The translations under genes and the position numbers were made by a program. The notes below the pieces were generated by a model. The model was given only the letters and a program-made list of their open reading frames with translations, was not told where the DNA came from and did not search any database. A stretch of DNA of 64,000 bases, from contig CBFFRP010000386.1 of the NCBI GenBank assembly GCA_965644295.1, positions 1 through 64,000 on the forward strand. The letters run 5' to 3'. This DNA is from Paraphysomonas bandaiensis (taxonomy: Eukaryota; Protista; Chrysophyceae). This document shows, in pieces, positions 24,475 to 37,815 of the stretch. Position 1 is the first letter of the stretch, and every line of letters begins with the position of its first letter.

Positions 24475-26120
24475 ATGGGGTGTGGCGATGACGACTGCAA
24501 GACCATCACTCTGACAGCTCCATTGACTGTACAGCAGAGAGGCTCCAATCGAGACTCAGCGATAGAGACTGATGAGTTCTGTCAGCGGCTGCAAGAAAGA
24601 CAGGAATTAAATGATTCATTCAGACAGTTGACTGATAGTGATGTGGATCGGATGATTGAGATATTAAATAGCGTCATAGCGACTCGTATTGATATACACA
24701 CAGCCTCGCTAACGCGTCGGAGAGAGCAACTGATTAAATACCTGCAAGCGACTCTGTCACAGGCATGTATCGGGCAAAATACTAGACCAGATTGGACATA
24801 AGCGCAAATTTCGCAGAAATATAAACTTCGGCGCTTAAATTTGGCATTTAATGGATACATAACGGATAGAACGAAAGTAGATATTGCCGTTAAAATCCTA
24901 CGCAACATAACAGACACTTCGAATGAACAGCTCAACTTTGATAATTTCGGCGACGAAGAAAATGTAGAACAGAGGGATCGTGAATTTCATTTTGCCCCTG
25001 AACTCTATGTGAGCGGTCAAGCCTTCGGTGATGAAGCTGTGGAAATGTTATGTACTGCCCTGGAAGCCACTACAACACTGAAAAGGCTATATCTAGATTA
25101 TGAGGCTACTAGAATCCAACACTCTGCAGTGTTTAAATCTCGAGGAAAATTATGAGCTAAAATCTGAATATAAAGATGAAATTGGTGCATATCTTGTTCG
25201 CAGCCGTCATTTACGGGTACTGTATTTGCAGCGATACTCCGTGGAAGACGTCCCCCAGATACATCGTTCACAGACTAGTGAAGTTGTATTCGGAAATGAT
25301 ATGAAACGAACCCCGCATGCGCTAGTTGCATTAAAGGAAATGAAAAGTCGAGAGCAATTTGAGCGCGAGCTACGGTGTAGAATGGAACTAAAACAGACTC
25401 GTATAGAGGGGAAGGAAGCGTGTGGTGTAGTGGTTGATTTAGTGGGATGGCATGCTACGTCAGATGCTGATATGTGTGGCATTGTCACAGTATCCCCTCG
25501 ACGGAATGGAAACTGTGATGCGAGATGTAAAGAGTACGTTTAGTCTTGCCGCAAGGGCGGACTCCGCTGTGGCAGTTGCTTTGTAGCCAGCGCTTTACGC
25601 GCTATGACCTTCAAGAAACACTTACCTCGCTCACCAAATTGTTGTGTTAATTCAGCACTTACATGACGCATTGCGCACAGTGATCTCAAACTTCACAACA
25701 TACTATTCTCATAGACCCATCGATTAATTTTATACGATTTGGATGCTGCTGTATTAAGTGGAGCACTGCTTATAGTCCACCAGAACTATTTCGACTCTAT
25801 AAGAGTTCTAATTATCAATCAAGAGTTCTACTTATCCATCAAGATGCAAGTTTTGATGTTTGATCTATTGGAGTTATTTTATTTGAAATGTTCACAGGAC
25901 GACACCTTTTCCCACAGGATATAAGCGACGATAATATGGTTGATGTAGCTTCAGCAACGAAACTCAGTTTGTGGCTATGTATTAACGACGCATTATTCGA
26001 TATTGTATAGAAAGAATGCAACAATGCTGAGTTGAGATTGGATGCTCATTACCTGATCCGATGGTGTCTACAAGAGGACCCTATCCTGCGGCCCTGCGTT
26101 TTTGAAATTCTCACATTTTT
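24475..26120 (+). pseudogene. Disrupted LRR (RI-like) + protein kinase pseudogene
   Basis: LRR-like pieces (TTLKRLYL, LQCLNLEEN), VALKEM, AHSDLKLHNILF near 25674-25710, DLDAA, LQEDPILRP; several stops and frameshifts. Confidence 0.65.
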
Positions 26121-26254
26121 ACCCTTTGGCGTAAAACGCAGCCCCCCTGATACCTTGTCTTTGGTGTAAACATCTAGTTAAAGTAATAAATACTTCAATA
26201 TCTGCATTCACAAAGCAAGATGTATATTGTATTCACCTAGCCATCAATTTGTGA

Positions 26255-26636
26255 ATGCAAATATTGTTGAGAAGCTCTTTAGTCGTGCAAAGTTGATTAT
26301 GACATCTGAGCATAGAAACACGAATCCATATCGTCTAGAATCGTTGCTATTCCTACGAGCCAATTGTAGGATGCTTATACCCTCCATGAAGCCCTGCAAG
26401 AAGATTCGTTGTCTGTTTTATTTAACTGAATTTGTAATTAAGAGAGCACCACACTATCTATTATCTACTTATAGTAGGTATTAATGGCCATATTAAATGC
26501 CGGGACATTTTTCTATAATGCCATTATAATCGCAACCATTTATGGCCCATTAATGGTTACCAGGTTCTGCTTCTAGCCATTATTCCTAGCCACCGTAGTT
26601 GCAATAAGGCAATGGTAACATGGTAACCGGGCTTGT
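26255..26636 (+). mobile_element. hAT transposase C-terminal (dimerization domain) remnant with subterminal repeats
   Basis: NIVEKLFSRAKLIMT...RLESLLFLRAN, followed by clustered aatgg/ccatt motifs at 26480-26630. Confidence 0.7.
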
Positions 26637-26884
26637 GTAACAATTCATTGGTTTCCAAGTTGATATGATTCATACACCATGAGAAATTACCCAAACTATT
26701 TTCGTGACACACACAAAATAAGTGTACGAAGACAGAAATCAAAAGTTGAAAGTGGTATAGTTTACACCTTACAATTCAAGTTTTCGGAACAAAGCACTTG
26801 CACAGCACTAGCCGTGCATTTCATATTGATGCCCTCTGTAATCAGGGCTCTCATATTATTACAACTAACATTAATTTCCACTGA

Positions 26885-28470
26885 TTATGTCTTCTCTACA
26901 ACGCGACCTTTTTTGTTAGCTTTAAAATCTCGTCCTCCACCACTTCTCTTCTTGTCACTATTGCCCCCTTTGTTGTGATGCCCCTCCTTACCACCATTAC
27001 CACCGCCTCCGCGACTTCCACTAGATCCTCCTCCGCGACCAGCATTAGCTCCACCTCCGTGACCGCGTCCCCCACTTCTTCCTCCATGTCCACCGCGCCC
27101 GCCACCTCTACCCATATCTCGTGATATTGCTGCTTTCGCTCTGTGTAAAGGTAGATTAGTCACATCTCATACAATGCCAATAGGCTCTCACACCAAAATT
27201 TTACCTGCTCTCTGATAATGGTCTCCCGCCTCTGTCTGGAACTCTTCCAATCATCACCTTCTTTATAAAGCTCCCCGCCGTACTACCCACAGACTCCGAT
27301 CCGGTCACCCTCTTTGAGTGTTCGTGCAAAATCGACACAGGGGTGGATAGTACATCAGATACCTGCAGAGAGAACGCCATGTGACTAGGGATATAAAGGT
27401 GTATACAAAACGTACCGTATACACGGTAGGTTTCACTGAGAGATGCCGCCTCTGCGTGTCAATTGTAGACACTATTTCATCCTCGCGTCCGACAACCTTT
27501 CCTCCACGCATGAAGGATTGCATTGTGACGTCAAGGCGCTTTAGCAGCATACCTCGACGCAACGCAAAGTCCTGCAAAGAAATATTAAATTACAGGCAAA
27601 TACTAGACTCGTGATGTTAACTTACATCTATCAGAGCCTGTGCAACCCGTTGGAAAAGAGACTTCTGTGCGGGGGAGAGATTCACTGCGGCCAATCCCTT
27701 CAACACCGGTGGTGGGTTCGTCAACAACGACCGCGGCACCTTCTTTACTTTTTCTGAAAAATGTGGTAAAATTTCATGCATTGCCTGTGTTTCGTCCTAG
27801 TAGCACAAGTAGAGCATAAGAGTCGCAGAGTTGAGTTTAATATAATTACCGCCGCGTTTACATCTATTCGCATGTCGCGATTGATTCTGTCGAGCTGAAA
27901 TAAGATCTTTCCGCGATCAGAAGACATTTCAATCCTACTACGCTTATTTCCATTACGAGTAAAGTGTGCCATTCTTTCGGCCTATGTGACAAGAATAACA
28001 AAACTGTTGACGAGTTACAATGCTGACCTGAAGGTGTGTGCATAAGTAGTCCACCAGCCTATACGCGACAGACTCATCACGCACGAAGCAAGGCATCCGG
28101 GAACTTAGGGCAGCAATGACCTGTTCTTATAGCTGAGTGGTATTAACAGCACTAGATGAACACACCTGATCCACGTCGGGGCTATCACTAACTGGCATCA
28201 CCGAGTTGTCGTAATATCTACTAGAGTATTAACAGTAACAGAGAGGTATGTCTGAAACGTGCCTGAGCTTTCTAAGTAGCCAGGAGCATGCACTTGCAGC
28301 CATAGGGGAGAACTCCTGGCCAGTAAAGTCATCCGGTGTGAATCTGTGTCGTTGCATGAGTTACATATACGAGAGTCAATGCAGTGCAGCCGTTACCGAT
28401 AAGAGTCAGGTGACGACAGACTCGTTAGCTTATTGTTTATACTCTCAATGCAGTGTTCAGATATGGTCAT
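26885..28470 (-). CDS. FAM98: FAM98-family protein with Gly/Arg-rich tail, multi-exon
   Basis: DFALRRGMLLKRLDVTMQSF and KKVMIGRVPDRGGRP motifs, RGG tail; start codon inferred. Confidence 0.85.
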
Positions 28471-29422
28471 TATTACTGTGTTCGAATGAGAAGATAATAT
28501 CAGCTGACGGGAGCTCAGTGCTACTAACTATGAGCACTTGTGCGTCTCTTAACAATCACACTCACTGCTCGTGTACCGCAATACACTGTACATATACACC
28601 AGTATACAATACCTTATAAGTGTACCTATACAGAGTACAGCAGTACTGGTATGTGTCCACTCTACTACACTGCTTTGGTGTATTCTTGCTTGTCGTAGAA
28701 CACTGTAATTTCCTTCCAATCATTTAGAAAAGTATAGATATGATTTGCTTATAAGAAAGAAAGTGAACTTCTCTCTCCCCTCCTTCTCTCGATATGATAC
28801 GAGAGGCTCAGGAGTGTATGTAGCTGACAACTAGTTAACAATAGACACCAATGCGTTCACAGAGAAGAGTTGAGATCTACAGGAAGGTACAGGCGCATAA
28901 GAGGAGCAATGTGATGTTGTGCATAAAGGGCAGTGAGCTGCTGCAAGATATCATACAAGTAAACAATGAGTCTGTGATGTGTCGGACCTCATGCAGCAAT
29001 GAGAGTGTCATTAGCACAGCCAGAAATATGCTGCGTGGTAGTTAAGATTTAAGTATCAGTTTCTTTCGGTGTATAGGTTTCGTTCGTTCGTTTGCGTGTT
29101 ATCACCACTTACTATAATTAAGCACTAAGCACGATGTCGGCAATGAAGCAGTGATATCCTAATGGATGGTCTCAGCAGAGGAAATACATCCCGCTCCTCA
29201 CTAGTGTGTATGTATTTGTGCATGTTAGCGGAGAACAGGAATAAGAGTTGTATGTGTGCAGTAGTAGTGAAAGTGCTATTGACCGAGTAACAGAATAATG
29301 AAGCGAATTACATGTTAGCGACGTGAATTAACACAGCGCAATTTTTATATAAGTTAAGAACTAGCCCACAAACTATATGTTTAAAGCTTCATGTATCAGT
29401 GCGAAGACAACGTGATAATTAA

Positions 29423-31785
29423 TTATAACTCATCCTCGGGTAAGCTTACATCGGTACTGAGCTCAATATCATTTACTCGTAAGAATTGAATAATATCTTT
29501 AACTGTCCGTTCGCCATTGAACTCTACAACGCTGACTGTGTCCACGTCTTTTCTGTACGACATTTAAATAGTGAAAAAGTATAGGTAGTTATCATCTAAC
29601 CTGAACAGTAAGATGGTTGGAAAACCACGAATTCTAATATCGGGATAGCCGATATCATTCTTAGATCCATCTATTTTGGCAACCAATATTCGCCCAGTGT
29701 GCTGAGGGCCTGAAAGAGAGGAGGATGTTCGTACTCCTTGAAAAAGTTGTCCGAGTGCCTGAATGACAGGTTCTATTGACTTGCAATGAGCACACCTGGG
29801 CAACACGGATGTAATGTAAACTATGGAACATTAAAAAAGTTTCATACCACGACGCCACCACGAACAATATCACGTGTTCTGCAGATTCAACAACACTGCA
29901 CATTGTCAGACTCAAATAGTACACACACATGTACGCACATGTCATCGAAATTTGTAGACACCACTCTAACGACAGGGGATATTTGATGGTCATCGTCGTT
30001 GAGCTCCTCTTCTTCCTCACTTTCTGTTGACAGGGTTTGTGCAAGTCTACCTGCAAGGTAGTCATCCAAAAACTCCCTTAAACTTTCCTCTGTTAGAGTC
30101 GATTCAGGAATACTATCACTGCCAAAAATCTATTAGAACTAACACATAAGCGAATATAACAGAGCACCTATCATCTTCATCAACAATGTGAACTGTTCAA
30201 TTGAGAGACAACGTTAGCGAATATCTGACACCAGCAAAAAAAAAATCACCTGGAGTGTCCATAACATATTTCTTTGTATTGTCTGGATCTGTCATGTTAA
30301 CAATAATGACCTTGGGCTGGTCATCGGTAGACACATGAAAAGTTTTGTAGACATGCGTCTCACTGACAGGGATGTGCACAAATAAAAGTCTGTACGTTGT
30401 ATTAATATTCTACTTTAAGCAATTAAAACGTATGCTTACCTTCCTCTATAGTGCACGGACACTACATGTGCAACATCGAGACATGCCTCTCCCATGGCAC
30501 TACTAACATCGCAAAAGAGAAGAACGTGTGCCTAAAACCCGCTCAGTGATGTCGATAAAACATTCCGAACACGTACCTTGGGCACGTAAGGCCCTTGCAT
30601 GGACCTATAATTGCTGGGAGAGAACTGAACAATTGAGGGAACGGAAAGCTCGGCGATTACATATCTCATGTCATCAATGCTAGTACGATTAGCATTAATT
30701 CTGCGCACGACCGGCTACAGAAAATTAATTGTTGTATTAGCATACCACAAATTGAAATTCTCCACAGAGGCTTACACTTAAATCCATAGGTGGATAAACC
30801 ATCGACACAATGGTAGCAGCTGACGTCTAATACAAAATTGAACCACAGTCAGAAAACATAGAGTAATATTTCAATTACCAGAGGCACTTTGAAGTGATGT
30901 AATATATCATCAGAGCTTGATATCAAAAATTTGATAGTCTCATCACTCTCTTCAGCTGCTGCTAAAAAAGTCTTAGCAATTGCACTGTTCACTCCCTGGC
31001 AGAAATCAGTGCAAAGACTACAATTCAACGTGATCACTACCTGTGGGGCGCTATCCGCAACATCAGTACCATTGTTTCGAAAAATTCCCAGTATAACTTT
31101 GCTATGTATTCTGTTGGTATCAGACACGGTGTCTTTCATGGCAGGTCCAGCTCGAGCCTCCAACATCATATCCGAAACAGTGTTAACAAGTGTAGCAGAA
31201 GGGCCAGATTTTGATTTGATATATTGGACAATGTGGCTACATGTGAAAATTATGCATTCATAGGTATCGTATGGCAACGTACTCATATTCCCGCCGACCA
31301 GTATAAGTTGCTATTTGCCTTCCATTTTTATACAGCAAAAACGTGGGATACCCTCTAATTCCAAGTGACTCCGTGAATTCTCTATCAGTGGTACCGTCGA
31401 ATCTTCCCAATGTGCACTGGTCATACACATACACAGTAACGGCACAGAATCAAACAAGTGATATACTGAACCTCAACATTATCCTCACGCAGTTTCTGTG
31501 CGGCTTTGTAATAATCTGGCATAATTTGTTTGCAGTATCCGCACCTGAGAGACAGAGCATTACAATTTAGCAGCATATGCTCAGGTACATTACCATGGGG
31601 CATAATACTGTACTAGCACCATATTCGAAGCCTCCAGAACATCTGTGATATTGTCGCTGCTAAGATTAACAACTGCATCCATGTTCTATACATAATAATA
31701 AGAAAGCAGATGTGGTGGGTTCATGTATACATACATTAGCTGCCACTGCACCACACCACACTATAAATAAGAGATAAAGCTTCAT
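29423..31785 (-). CDS. Protein disulfide isomerase, multi-exon
   Basis: Signal peptide MKLYLLFIVW, YAPWCGYC and ASWCAHC active sites (both split by introns), GYPT and GFPT, C-terminal EDEL. Confidence 0.9.
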
Positions 31786-32156
31786 GCTGAGATAAACGGC
31801 AATAAACGAAATAATCTTAATATCAATCTGCTTCTAGACACCAGCAAAGTGTCCACTCGTTAATAACTGCAGCGCTACTATGCGCTCAGTTGAGAGCAGT
31901 GCTTACAGTACTGTACTGCTGTGTACATAGCATACGTATACGTATAGTATACTATAGTGGCACAGTATACAGTGCTGCACTCTACATGTACTACTGTGCT
32001 GTATATACCGGTATACACAATATACCTCCCTGTATTGAGAGGATCTACTGCACTGTACACTGTAGCATAGTATAGTAAAGTATAGAACACACGTACAGTG
32101 CAGCAGCAGATGTCTTGATTCAACACACTTCCAGTGACAAGTAATCAAATCACAGT

Positions 32157-34334
32157 ATGTTCATCCATCTCCTTCTCGTATCATCTCTGTGTGTATCTGT
32201 CTATTCACTGGGTCTCAATAGAGGTGTATATGACTGTGGCACATGTGTATTCTCTCTGCAGCATATGATCGACACAGACCCATCTAAGTATCCATCTCAC
32301 TCTATATCTGAGTCATTCTCCTCCGCATGTGACTCTCTATTTGGTACCACTGACTACTGCAAACAGTTTAACATGAACTATGATACATCCGCCCTGAAGG
32401 TGTCGTCCACTGCTCGCGCAGCATGTGAGGAGTTAGGAGCATGTTTTCCAGGCGAAAAGGAGCTATGGAAACAAGCGGATGCCACTTCTGATATAGATAT
32501 TCGTGTGGCTAAAGTACATGGCCCGCGCGGATATGACAAGATTCGTGTGTCGGCTATTTCAAATGAAACCATTAATTCGGAATTGTTCTCCTACTCACAG
32601 CCGTTCAAGTATCGATGGACCTCAAATACTCTCAATACTGGTGTATTGTCTGTAACACCAGGTCAAAAGACTTCGATCACTATACAGGATCAGACATTTG
32701 AGATCTACGTTCCTGAGGAAAACTCTCCTGTACGTGGAGCTTTGTTTGCAGACCCCTGCTACGCTAATGACTACGTTTGGTGCACATATCGGGATACGTT
32801 TAATACGTTCAATAGAAGTACAGAACTGTTGAATGCGATATCTGCTCATGGCGATACCGACTTTTGGATGTTATTAGGAGATAACTTTTACGATCAAACT
32901 GGCGAAATAACGGCGAACTGGTTCAATGCTTTGTCTTCGAAGACGAAGTCAATGGTATGAACATTTACATGTAGCTTATATTGGTGTTTGCGCACAGTGA
33001 GCTGTTTATGAGTTGATATAATAATTTTGTGCTCATGTGTTTTGACAGGTATACGGTACTGTACCAGGAAACCATGGTAACGCTGGCATAGTATAGCCAC
33101 TTGGGTGACTGAATGTGTTTTTTGTAGACTTTTGGATCATGTCTGCCCCACTGGTATGGATGCCGAAACAAGACCAGGTAGTGTCATGTCGTTATAGTGA
33201 TGTAATTGTATATATGCTCTACCCCTGAAGTAGATATCGTATATTGCTACATGTATATACCTCTTCCTCATTCTCCTACTTTGTCTGTACGCAGCTCGGG
33301 AATGGATTCATGCAATGGAACGGGCAAGACGTGGCATCTTCTGTGTACTCTGACGGTGGTGTACTTACAGAAGCTTATGACTTCAGCAACGATCCTGACG
33401 ATCCAAATGGGGATGCGCACAATTTACCTCCTGCGGGTGACTTCTTCTGGTACGCCACCGAAATGTGTTCTATATGCTGATACAGCACATTGCTTCTGAA
33501 CACTCAGTAATGAATTACTTGTTTACCAGGTACTATAAGCTTGGTAATGTAGGGTTTATAGCGTACTCTGGTGGCCACTCATACGAAGAAATGCTTCCTT
33601 ACTTCGAGGAATCATGTGAGTTCATGACCTCTGCTGACCCTGAAGCGGTTCTACTTCTCGGACACTGGAATTCTCCAGGTACTTGTTCTGCCATATTAGC
33701 AGTCCGCTGCATTGTTCAGTTTTATTCTTAGTACTGTGGTGGGTTGCGATTTATAGTCTTAGAGGTATTACTCTGTCTGCATGATTGATGCGATTTTTCT
33801 ATTGTAGGGTTAGGCTGTCCAAAGGATATGTTTGTCCCGGCCACATACCATGAGATTCTCTCTCTTCCAGCTTGCGCGCCAATCGCTGATAGAATGAAGT
33901 ACTTTATGGGACACGAGCACTGCAACAAAGTTGTTGAAAAAGATGTGGGATTCATGGTAATAAAATTGATTGTAAATTACTCTAGTACTTTTGTACTGTC
34001 GAGTGTAGTTCGCTCTGTATTTAAATCATTTTTGATTTGTGTATAGATCGCTGGCCAGGGAATGACCGCCTCGCTCCCTTGTGGGGGTAACTTTGGATTC
34101 CCTGTGGTCGACACGTATGGTGGAAACTTCACGGTGTATTTTTTCGATATTGCACAAGTGAGTATTTTATCTTTTTCCTTTCCGAGTTGTATAATGTGTT
34201 TCTCCCTTCAATCCACTTTTCAGGTTGATGAGTATGACAACTATGATAGCATCATTGACTGCATCACTCAGTACGGCGTGTCGTCATGCTATCACTTGGC
34301 AACAGTTTGGACTGACATTCCATTTGCTCAATAA
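32157..34334 (+). CDS. Secreted calcineurin-like metallophosphoesterase with an N-terminal saposin-B-like domain
   Basis: Signal peptide; C-x2-C...C...C...C-x5-C pattern; FADP, LGDNFYD, PGNH, GHW, GHEH. Confidence 0.8.
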
Positions 34335-34839
34335 CACTAATAGAAGTCAATGCGAAGTAAACCCATCAACACACACATTTGGTTTTATGAGTATTAAAAA
34401 TGTTGAGGTAGTGTTGCTATGCTATATATGAAGTATTACAATTGTGCTCTGGGGGGCAATATCAGACTTTGCATTTGATCACTGTATTTATCTTGCCCAC
34501 CTACGTCAGTGTGTTTTAGCGCAAAATAAAGTAAAAGTCATAGTTCTTTTGGCCGTATATTTTAGATACTATTGGTTCTTTCTCTTATGTTGAAAATTAG
34601 TAGGTGTAGGTGTATGACCGATTTATGTTAAAAAGGTTTGCAATGATTACCAGCATAATCAACTAGTAAAGTCAAGATGATATCTATATTATAGGAATAT
34701 CTAGTGCTGTCGAATTAATACGTGTATGTACGATTTAACCATAGAGCTGTATGCGAAGTAGATGTAGGAAATAGCTGGTGTAAACTAATTTTAGATTGAT
34801 CAGTGGAATTCGTGCTTTCATGATATTGAGACTTGAGAC

Positions 34840-35950
34840 TGTAGTAGTGGACGTCGTATTATTAGCAATAGGCGAGTAAGAGTTAGAACTATTGTAGTAA
34901 AACAATTTAACTAACTAGTTCTTAACTCTGCAATCCTACAATTTTGCGATAGGAAAGCTGCTTGCGCGTCACCTCAAGCACCAAGGTGCAACAATTTTGC
35001 TCTATCGCAATGAGAAAGCAAACGCAATGAGAAAAAGCAGAATGTTGATATACCTGATATCTGCTGAATTCAGGATGGTGAGTCTTTAAGTAAGTGTGAT
35101 AGCTGCTCGCGAACGTGCAGTCCTTCAGTCTCAACAGGTGCGGTTCATAAAGGGACGTCCTTTTGGGTAGGGGTCCGCGAGGGTCGGAGTTAAGTAGATG
35201 GGAGGATAGTGTTCCGAGGTAAAGTGAGATGGTGCAAGGTAGAGGTGTAGTATCTATAGAGTCTCGCTGACTGCAGTGAATCAGTTGAACATAAATAGAG
35301 TTGGCGGAGTCTTCTACGTTAGGGTTCGCGTGTGTGCGGCGTGAAAGCGTTAGAAGAGTAGGGAAAGTGGCCAGTCGCCCAGCTAGGATTTTCTGCTAAG
35401 GCACCATTGTGGCCGAAGTGGGGGGACTTGTAGGTTGATAGTTGGAGGTCGAATTGCGAAGGAAGCTGTTGACCTGAGACAAGGTTGGGTAGAGGGCACG
35501 GATCGTCTTGTCACTCCAAGGAGTTGGAGGACCAGCGGTTGTCTTTGCCGGAATAGCCTACGTGTTCTGGGAGGAAGTCAATGTGGATCCCTCAAGGAAG
35601 CAGCGTAGCGTTGACTGCAATCTTGTAGCAACTATTTGACCACTGTTTAAAGTTTGAAGTATACTCACCACCGCGTTTTTAAAAGTAGTACGAGGTCCAC
35701 GCAATGTCAGACAGCAGTAGATTGGTGAACCATAGACTTCTTCAAGTTGAGTTTGAGTTATGATGCCTGTCGAAAATCTTTTAACCAGAGGGAATGATAA
35801 GTCCCACGAGTTACTGGAGATGATTTTTAATACTGGGGTGATCCTAGGCGGTAGTGTTTCGCCTCGTAAGGCTTGAAGCCTTTATTTGTGCAACTGAAAT
35901 GCTGATTCACGTATTTGAGTGATAGAACATATGTTGTAGAGTCGATAGAG
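34840..35950 (-). mobile_element. Degenerate 3' fragment of a divergent subfamily of the LINE
   Basis: Traces of ITQIRESAFQ and PKGRP; 3' UTR stem-loop; tail AATAATACGACGTCCACTACTAC; this UTR best matches the SINE tail. Confidence 0.75.
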
Positions 35951-36063
35951 ACCCATACGTTTAGGGCTTCGAAGTGACAACTTATCTGCATAGGTCGTTT
36001 TCACACGAATACTATATAATACAATATTACATTTACGTAGACTATTCCAAAAAACTATGCTGA

Positions 36064-36547
36064 CTACTTTCTCCCCATTGCAAAATATATTAATACAAAT
36101 ATGAACACAACAAACACTATCAGAAGGTACATATGACCTGATCCACCCGAAGACATCATGGCTCCTAACTTGCCAAGTGTACTGGAAAACATATCCGAAG
36201 CAGACATGATGTTCGATCCCTATTTCGTATAAGTTTAAACTAAAACAGTATTATTTTGCCGCAGTGTACCATAGAATCCAATAAGTTGATTTGGCTTTTT
36301 ACTTCCTGGTTAATGTCTTCAGTCATCTGTTTCGCTATGAGAAATACAATGCAATAAGAGGTTTACATACAGATTTGAGCATTGACACTTGCTCTCCTAG
36401 CTCCAACCAGCGGCTATCATTCTCCTGTTCGAGTAATGTCCGCCCAACCTCACCAGCCCGCTGATCATTTGATCCAATAGAATAGCCGTTGCTTCCCCTG
36501 TCATGAGAGGCTCTTGATACTCCATTATGCTGCCCACGATAGTACAT
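36064..36547 (-). CDS. Bet1-like Qc-SNARE, 3 exons
   Basis: Spliced: LLEQENDSRWLELGEQVSMLKS|MTEDINQEVKSQINLLDSM|GSNIMSASDMF...HMYLLIVFVVFIFVLIYFAMGRK*; C-terminal TM anchor. Confidence 0.85.
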
Positions 36548-37815
36548 CAATCAATAGGGTGAGTGTATGGGGTGGGTGGACTGATGCGTGTTAACTATAC
36601 TATGAGACGATTGTACATACGCATACTCCTGCTATACACATACACGCATATATATACACACCGTGCACATCTATACGGCACTAGGATACTGTGTACAGTG
36701 TATTCCATTCCTAGTCCCTGTGCTGCATGATATACACCTTCACTACATATAAACTACACTAGAATACATATGGATATGCCGAAGTTCTCATAGATATGAG
36801 CGAGATGATGTCTTGATTCCATCAATTTTGTTTCTGTTAAAGGCTCACAATATTTTGATAGTCATATACAGGAGATGGTCATATATAAATGTCTCAAGAT
36901 GGTCCTCTAACTTTCAGATTTTGATAAAATGGTTGCGTATAAACGATCCACATGCATTGACTCGACGGAATTCCGATATCACCGTCCTTGTAGATGACCT
37001 GAGAAAGTTTGAAAGCGTTTCGAAGCTGCTTCGAACAGGAGGCTCAAGCCAAGTGGGACAGCTATACATGTAAACGCCTGTTTAGCGCAACTAAACTTAT
37101 TATATCAGCGTTGCGCAAACGTATGCATCCTACTACGCTTAATGTGCAGTTGTTTCTGTAAGCTAACCGACAGTTGTGGCCGGATGCAAACATATTCTAA
37201 TAATTTTACTTACTTACTGATTAATGACACTAATATATTTCCATAGTATTGTTGTATTGTTGAGCCGGTTTACAAACTCCACCAATACTATTGACGGAAC
37301 GCTATCTAACAATAGTATTGCAATATATTGTTTCCTATCCCTGCTCCAGTGGTACATATCACCCAATATATTGCACCGCGAGAGCACAACTAGAAAGAAA
37401 TAATTAGTTTTTACGTTTTTACTGTAGAGTATAGCTAGTTTGTTGGAACTCAAGATTAGGACTACACTTGTCTAGTACTATATATATACAATTCTACGTG
37501 GTACTATTCAAAAGTATCTGTGTTGTCGTAACATTCATGTATTCTAACAATTAAAAAGAACTCGTATACTTCACCAAGCAACCCCACAGATTTTAGCCAT
37601 GGGTCTATTTCGAGTATTCTGAAACGACAAGTCGCCATTCGTTTCCACGTTGACTTAATTACTAAAATATTACACTGATTACTCAGTATTCTTTCTCGTC
37701 GCCATGTATCTTCTCTAAGTCTATAAGGACTACTCACGCGCAGTCAATACCAACAAATGCATTCCTGAAAAAAATTATTTACATGATCTAATCGTAGGTA
37801 AACATGTAGCAACCA

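Noticed and set aside
36770-37700. Possible small + strand gene divergent from the SNARE
   Set aside because: Could not assemble a consistent spliced ORF or recognise any motif.
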